64,000 nucleotides of DNA from contig CAWAXB010000006.1 in NCBI GenBank assembly GCA_963785895.1, forward strand, positions 24,062 through 88,061, read 5' to 3'. The first letter of the stretch is position 1; each line of letters starts with the position of its first letter. Positions 59,116 to 64,000 of this stretch are shown here, piece after piece. This DNA comes from an uncultured Actinomycetes bacterium. GTDB taxonomy: Bacteria > Actinomycetota > Thermoleophilia > Gaiellales > Gaiellaceae. Made by a program: the position numbers and the translations under genes. Below the pieces are notes generated by a model, which did no database searches, had not been told where the DNA came from, and was given only the letters and a program-made list of their open reading frames with translations.

Positions 59116-60090
59116 TCACCGTTCGGAGCGGACATCGAACGCGTCACGCAGTCCGTCGCCGAGCAGGTTGAAAGCCAGCGTCGTGATGATCAGGAATGCG
59201 CCTGGGAACAGCATGAGCCACCAGGCAACGTCGTAATACCCGGACGCGTCGTTGAGAATGGAGCCCCAGGACGCTTCGTTCGATGGAACACCGAGGCCAA
59301 GATACGAGAGCGCAGCCTCGAAGAGGATATTGGTTGGGATGAGCAGCGTGGCGTAGACGACGAGTGGCCCGATCAGGTTGGGGAGCATCTCACTGGCCAG
59401 GATCCGGATGTTCGTTGCTCCGAGCGAGCGCGAGGCCTCGACGAATTCCTTCTCTCGGAGCGAAAGCGCGTACCCGCGCACGATGCGCGCGATGTACGAC
59501 CACGAGAATACGGTGATCACCGCGATCACCACCGGCAGGCCCGGCTGGAGCAATCCGCCGAGGCAGCCTTGCTTCGAGGTCGAGCAGGCGGCGACCACGC
59601 CCACGGCGATCAGGATCTGTGGCACGGCTAGGAGCACGTCGGCGAAGCGCGACAGCATCGTGTCGATGAAGCCGCCGAAGAATCCGGCGAGCAGTCCGAC
59701 GACGAGCCCGATGAAGAGTGCGAAGCCGGTGGCGACGATGCCGACGAAGAGCGAGATGCGTGCGCCGTACATGGTGCGGACGAAGAGGTCGCGACCGGCC
59801 GAGTCTGCGCCGAACCAGAACTGGCTGTTCGGGCCTTTCGGTACGCCGAACTCGTCGGTCATCGAGTCGTAGGTCGAGTTCTGGCCGTGGCCGGTGATGT
59901 GCTCGGCGAGCGGCCCGCCGAAGATCGCGATCAGGATCAGCACGATGATCACGATGCCGCCGGCGAGCGCCGCCTTGTCCTGGCGCAGGCGCGCCCAAAA
60001 AAGTTGGCTGGGCGACCTCCGCACGATCGCGACCGGCTGGAGCGCGATCGCGCCGCTCGAGGAGACCTCGAAATCCGGTGGGTTCGTCAT
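59116..60090 (-). CDS. peptide/nickel-type ABC permease (OppC-like)
   Basis: FGADSAGRDLFVRTMYGARISL...EFVEASRSLGATNIRILASEMLPN... Intact 324 aa. Confidence 0.88.
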   Translation of the reverse strand: MTNPPDFEVSSSGAIALQPVAIVRRSPSQLFWARLRQDKAALAGGIVIIVLILIAIFGGPLAEHITGHGQNSTYDSMTDEFGVPKGPNSQFWFGADSAGRDLFVRTMYGARISLFVGIVATGFALFIGLVVGLLAGFFGGFIDTMLSRFADVLLAVPQILIAVGVVAACSTSKQGCLGGLLQPGLPVVIAVITVFSWSYIARIVRGYALSLREKEFVEASRSLGATNIRILASEMLPNLIGPLVVYATLLIPTNILFEAALSYLGLGVPSNEASWGSILNDASGYYDVAWWLMLFPGAFLIITTLAFNLLGDGLRDAFDVRSER

Positions 60091-60144
60091 CGCAGCTGCA
60101 AGCGTAATACCCCCACGGTTTCGCTGGAAGCGATACTGACGCCG

Positions 60145-60738
60145 GTGGGCCAGGTTTCTGAGCTGGGCGGGCTGCAGCCGGCTGGGCCGTTCGAGGGCCG
60201 GATCGTTCGACTCGAGCCGATCGGCGAGCGGCATCGCGACGGTCTTCGTGTGGCGGCGACGCGGGATCCGCACATCCATCGGTACACGAATATGGAGACG
60301 TTCGGATTCGACACGTGGTTCGAAAACGCGCTGGCGGCCAGGGGGGAGATCCCGTTCGTGGTGCTGATCGGAGGCGTCCCGGCGGGCTCGACCCGTTACC
60401 TGAACATCGAGCCGTTCCATCGCCGCACCGAGATCGGCTGGACGTGGCTCGAGCGTGCGGGCTGGGGCACAGGTGCGAATGTGGAGGCGAAATACCTGCT
60501 GATGCGGCATGCCTTCGAGCGGGCCGGGATGATGCGCGTCGAGTTCAAGACCGATGCGCGGAATCTCCGTGTGCGAGGCGCCCTGCTCGGCGTCGGTGGG
60601 ACGTTCGAGGGGATCCACCGCAAGCACATGGTGCTGCCGGACTCGATCCGCGACTCCGCGTACTACGCAGTCGTCGATGACGACTGGCCCCGGGTGAAGG
60701 CGATGCTGGAGGCGAAGATCGACAAGCACGCGCCATGA
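60145..60738 (+). CDS. GNAT-family N-acetyltransferase (RimJ/RimL-like)
   Basis: RLEPIGERHRDGL...TEIGWTWLERAGWGTGANVEAKYLLMRHAFERAGMMRVEFKTDARN. The GTG start at 60145 is tentative. Confidence 0.75.
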   Translation: MGQVSELGGLQPAGPFEGRIVRLEPIGERHRDGLRVAATRDPHIHRYTNMETFGFDTWFENALAARGEIPFVVLIGGVPAGSTRYLNIEPFHRRTEIGWTWLERAGWGTGANVEAKYLLMRHAFERAGMMRVEFKTDARNLRVRGALLGVGGTFEGIHRKHMVLPDSIRDSAYYAVVDDDWPRVKAMLEAKIDKHAP

Positions 60739-61318
60739 GGTGCGCGGTCGACGTGGCGCCGCTCCGCGCCGAGCCGGAAGACGCGTCCGAGCAGGTGACG
60801 CAGGCGCTCCTGGGCGAGCCGTTGCGGGTCGAGGAGCGACGCGCCGGCTGGGCGCGGGTCGTGACCGCCTAACGACTATCCGGGCTGGGTGCGTGCAGAG
60901 TCGCTCGAGGGCGGCGACGGGGGAGCTGGTCGCCGATCTCGATGCGACGACTCACTCGCCAATCGACGTTGCCCGGCTCTACCTGGGTGCGCCGTATCTC
61001 TGGGGCGGCATGACCGAGCGCGGGATCGACTGCTCGGGGCTCGTCCACATGGCCTACCGGCGCCTTGGCCGGCTCGTGCCCCGAGACGGCGATCAGCAGG
61101 AGGAGGCCGGCCGGGAGACGGACGTGCCTCGTGCGGGCGACCTCATTACCTATGGTGAACCGAGACGACCTCCAGGCCTCGCCGCCGACCACATCGCCTT
61201 CTGGGTGGGCGACGGGCGGATCCTGCACTCGACCGGACGCGACGGCGGCATCGGCGTCGTCGAGGAGGACGAGCCCGAGTATCTGCACACGCGGCGACGG
61301 AAGATCGTCCGTCTCTAG
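60735..61318 (+). pseudogene. NlpC/P60 (C40) peptidase with N-terminal SH3b-like domain, two frameshifts as assembled
   Basis: The ATG overlaps the GNAT stop (ATGA). MRCAVDVAPLRAEPEDASEQVTQALLGEPLRVEERRAGWARVVTA / DYPGWVRAESLEGGDG / ELVADL...YLWGGMTERGIDCSGLVHMAY...DHIAFWVGDGRILHS. Extra A at 60871-60872 and extra G in the run 60919-60923. Confidence 0.8.
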
Positions 61319-61383
61319 CCGAACCCTCGATCGGGGGTGCGCTCGCGCTAAAGCCGGCGTTCCGGGCGGCCGATAGCTCGGGA

Positions 61384-61710
61384 GTGGACGCTGTACAGCG
61401 CGATGAGATCCTGACGCGGTATCGCGTTCACTCGGCACGGTTCGAGTCGGTCGCCGCGCGCCGGAAGCCGACGATCGCCGAAGTGATCCCGCTCCAGCCA
61501 CTCGCCGGTCTGGAACAGGAGCCGACCGCCCGGGAGATCGAAGTGCTGCAGTTGATCTCGGACGGCCTCGTCAACCGCGAGATCGGCGTAAGGCTCTACC
61601 TCTCCGAGGAGACGGTGAAGAGCCATGTGAGGCATCTACTTGCGAAGCTGCAAGCAAGAAGTAGAGCCCACGCCGTAGCGGTTGGCTTCCGGCGTGGGCT
61701 CATCAACTGA
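61384..61710 (+). CDS. small LuxR/GerE-type HTH regulator (no receiver domain)
   Basis: TAREIEVLQLISDGLVNREIGVRLYLSEETVKSHVRHLLAKLQARSRAHAV. Confidence 0.75.
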   Translation: MDAVQRDEILTRYRVHSARFESVAARRKPTIAEVIPLQPLAGLEQEPTAREIEVLQLISDGLVNREIGVRLYLSEETVKSHVRHLLAKLQARSRAHAVAVGFRRGLIN

Positions 61711-61727
61711 CGTACCGACCTGACGGG

Positions 61728-61781
61728 TTTTCCACTGGCTGTGGACAATCACCACAAAGGGTGACGTCGATCTGTGGAGAA
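61728..61781. promoter_or_regulatory. three DnaA-box-like 9-mers in a low-GC intergenic region
   Basis: TTTTCCACT 61728-61736, TGTGGACAA 61740-61748 (9/9, reverse) and TGTGGAGAA 61773-61781. Confidence 0.3.
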
Positions 61782-62490
61782 CCTCGTTAACTACACGCTC
61801 CCTGTTACCAGGAGGAGGCTCCACCAGCGATCGGCTCTGGCGGACGAACTGCACAAACTTGCGCATTTATATCCCCCAATATCAGTAGGAACTGACGACA
61901 GGGATGGACGTTATAACCCTTTTGGGGGATGCGCACAGTGTTCGAAGGTTGTCGAGAACTTCAGGAGCTTAGGTTGTCCCGGTCGCTATCTATCTCGTCT
62001 AGTAATGCGCTTGCGCGCTGGCCGCAGTAGTCATCCTGTGTCGCGATCGGTGTGGGGTTCGGCTCGGCAGTGGTCGGTCGGGCGCTCGCGCGCGTTGCCG
62101 CATTTCCGAGTGGCGAGGACATATCGCCTTGCGCGTGACCTGACGGTTTCGATTTCGCTCTTTCCCGCGTCTTCGCGGCCGTTCTCTTTGGGCCGCTCGC
62201 TGGGATGGTTGTGTTCAGCGCGTCGATCGTCGGATTGAGCATGCCGTTGCTGGCCGCGTCGTCTATATCTCTGCAATCGCGCAATCATCGGAGCATTAAC
62301 CGGCGCGGTCGCCGTCGCCGTCGCATGGCTCCTCCCTTCGGGGCGCCGGGGAGATGGTCGCGGCCGCAACGGCGGCAGCGCTCACCGCGGAAGTGGTTGA
62401 TGCGTCTCGCCTCCTGCACATACGCACTGCGCGGTCTACGGACGATGGTCGGACGCGACTCGGGATCTGGTCCCTGTCATCGTTGCTTCG

Positions 62491-63273
62491 GTGCCGTTCT
62501 ATGGCCCAGTCGTTGCTGTCCTCGCCCTCGCATACCAGGACATCTCGCCATGGACGCTGCCACTCTTCTTCGCCCCCGCCCTCGCAGCCCAGCGCTGGTT
62601 TCTCATGTATCAGGATCAGCGACGCCTGGCTGGCGATCTTCAGACCGCGAACGAGCGACTTCGTGCAGCGAACCTGTCGTTTGCAAAGGGCCTGATCGCA
62701 ACGCTGGATGCTCGCGATCGATATACAGCCGGCCATTCCGCGGCAGTCGCCATCTATGCGCGCGACATCGCAGCGAGGATGGCTCTCGATGAGGAGCAGT
62801 GCGAACTGGCTCATCTGTGCGGACTTGTGCACGACATCGGGAAGATCGGTCTTCCGGCCGGCTTGCTTGAAAAGCCCGGGGCATTGACGCTCGACGAACG
62901 ACGCGTGATGCAGAGTCACTCAGAGATCGGCGAGCGGATCCTTGCAAACGTCGATACGTACGCCGAGATTGCGGCCATCGTCCGTCATCACCACGAGCGT
63001 GTTGACGGCCAGGGCTATCCGGACGGTCTGGCTGGCGAGGACACGCCGCTTCTCTCCCGGATCATCGCGGTTGCGGACGCCTATAACGCGATGACTTCAG
63101 ACCGTCCTTACCGTGACGCGATGCCGAGCAGGGTTGCGCGGCTTCGCCTCGCACAGGCAGTCGAAAGCCAGTTCGACACCACGATCGTCGCTGCTTTTGA
63201 GGCGATTCTCGCGGGTGCCTCCGAGAGGTATCGGCTCGGCGCAAGGGCCGGAATTCGATCTCGATGGTATTGA
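62491..63273 (+). CDS. HD-GYP domain protein (c-di-GMP phosphodiesterase family); intact C-terminal part of a probably longer, 5'-degraded gene
   Basis: TAGHSAAVAIYARDIA...LCGLVHDIGKIGLP...HHERVDGQGYPDGL...IIAVADAYNAMTSDRPY. TM-like fragments lie in other frames between about 62040 and 62490. Confidence 0.8.
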   Translation: MPFYGPVVAVLALAYQDISPWTLPLFFAPALAAQRWFLMYQDQRRLAGDLQTANERLRAANLSFAKGLIATLDARDRYTAGHSAAVAIYARDIAARMALDEEQCELAHLCGLVHDIGKIGLPAGLLEKPGALTLDERRVMQSHSEIGERILANVDTYAEIAAIVRHHHERVDGQGYPDGLAGEDTPLLSRIIAVADAYNAMTSDRPYRDAMPSRVARLRLAQAVESQFDTTIVAAFEAILAGASERYRLGARAGIRSRWY

Positions 63274-63302
63274 ACCCGCGCCGCAGATGCTGGCGAACCG
63301 AG

Positions 63303-64000
63303 CTACTCAGTCTTGAACATCTCGTAGCGCGCGACGGCTTCGGATCGAGTTCGCACCCCGAGCTTCTCAAAGACGTGCCGAACATGGACCTTCGCTGTTG
63401 ATTGCGAGATGTAGAGGGCATTCGCTATGTCCCGGTTCTTCATACCTCTCGCGATCAGCCCAAGCACCTCAGATTCGCGCGGCGTGAGTAGTTGTTCGGG
63501 CGCGCGGGTTGCTCGAGTTCGGAAGCCGGCGCGGCGTGCGAGTCCAAGGTCGTTTGACGCGGCGTAGAGGGACTCCAGGATTTCGCGCGATGGCCCGTGG
63601 GACTGCGAGTGCATCGGCAAGTTCCGGGGATGCGCGTAGTGCGCACACGACTGGATCCCATGTGCCCAAGCGCCTCGCTCGTCTTCAGAACTGTCGATGC
63701 CTGGCCCGCATCGCCTCGTTGGGCTGCGACGACAGCCTCAGCAGCTGCCGCTAGGACAGCCGCCTCGATTCCGCCGGAGGTACTTCGTGCCGGCGTGCTG
63801 TTTTGAGCGCTTCAGCTGTTCGGTAGGTGCAGGCCAAGGCGAGAGCTCGGGTGCCGGTGTACTCGGCTTCCCAAGCGGCGAAGAGCGTTGTCTCGACGCG
63901 CTCCGAGATTAGCTCGACGGCCTCGTCGCTCTTACCGGTTTGGAGCAGGAGGCGTGCGCGAAGCATCCGAGCATTAAGCGAATGCCGAGGATCGTGGGTG
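63303..64000 (-). pseudogene. C-terminal part of a large LuxR-family regulator (TPR-like region + GerE HTH), frameshifted; continues beyond window end
   Basis: The HTH LTPRESEVLGLIARGMKNRDIANALYISQSTAKVHVRHVFEKLG is in ORF 63303-63620. The upstream helical-repeat fragments (ORFs 63455-63661 and 63751-63966) are in other frames. Confidence 0.6.

Noticed and set aside
61636-61866. 76-aa minus-strand ORF with a GGGGA-N5-ATG start
   Set aside because: It overlaps the 3' end of the LuxR solo antisense by 75 nt, has poor GC3 after the first dozen codons, and has no motif. It is treated as non-coding.
61930-62040. c-di-GMP riboswitch upstream of the HD-GYP gene
   Set aside because: I could not find the conserved GEMM-I/II core sequences. 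Only a vague GCGCACAG resemblance is present.

Overview
Very GC-rich (roughly 70% by eye, not computed) bacterial chromosomal segment with Actinomycetota-type synteny. All product names come from reading the six-frame translations and recognising motifs; no database search was run, and most start codons are +/- a few codons.

Contents, left to right:
- 1-705: 5' part of purL (minus strand).
- 706-6618: about 6 kb wedged between purL and purQ. It holds EamA, GNAT, glutaredoxin-like and glyoxalase I genes, a palindromic repeat element, MFS and GST genes, a secreted clan GH-A hydrolase and a small ORF.
- 6619-17125: an uninterrupted minus-strand block rpsF-ssb-rpsR-rplI-(Zn-finger ORF)-[277-bp gap]-dnaB-(two small paralogous Zn-ribbon ORFs)-purA-(small membrane ORF)-purD-purE-purB-purC-purS-purQ.
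- 17.2-27.5 kb: DapA-family, PadR plus membrane partner, DEAD-box helicase, alpha/beta hydrolase, a tandem-ATPase ABC protein plus an 895-aa FtsX permease, and EamA.
- 27.5-30.6 kb: selenocysteine locus selA-selB-tRNA-Sec.
- 30.7-37.5 kb: VanW, LOG, M50 protease, MoaD-MoaE fusion, acyl-CoA mutase catalytic subunit and a glycosyltransferase.
- 37.5-39.2 kb: secG, tRNA-Leu(GAG), lexA with its SOS box, a small Zn-ribbon ORF and RNase P RNA.
- 39.2-47.8 kb: membrane, secreted and beta-propeller proteins; Fur; 7Fe ferredoxin; DUF2249; ArsR; DUF59; a polytopic membrane protein; mscL; RraA-like; and a divergent histidine kinase / NarL-type regulator pair.
- 47.7-64 kb: HDAC-family, 5'-3' exonuclease, plsC-like, topA, a principal-type sigma factor, a peptide-type ABC operon, GNAT, NlpC/P60, and a lower-GC tail with a LuxR solo, an HD-GYP protein and a large LuxR regulator.

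Most notable observations:
1. The gap upstream of dnaB holds a dense array of nine DnaA-box-like 9-mers. A perfect LexA box nearly identical to the lexA operator is embedded in it.
2. Two translationally coupled paralogous mini Zn-ribbon genes link dnaB to a gap-free purine operon.
3. Frameshifts are strongly clustered. About 18 genes are broken, all checked sites lie at homopolymers, and stretches of 15-20 kb have none.
4. In the selA-selB-selC locus both protein genes are multiply broken, while the tRNA looks intact.

No transposase, integrase, CRISPR array or rRNA was seen.
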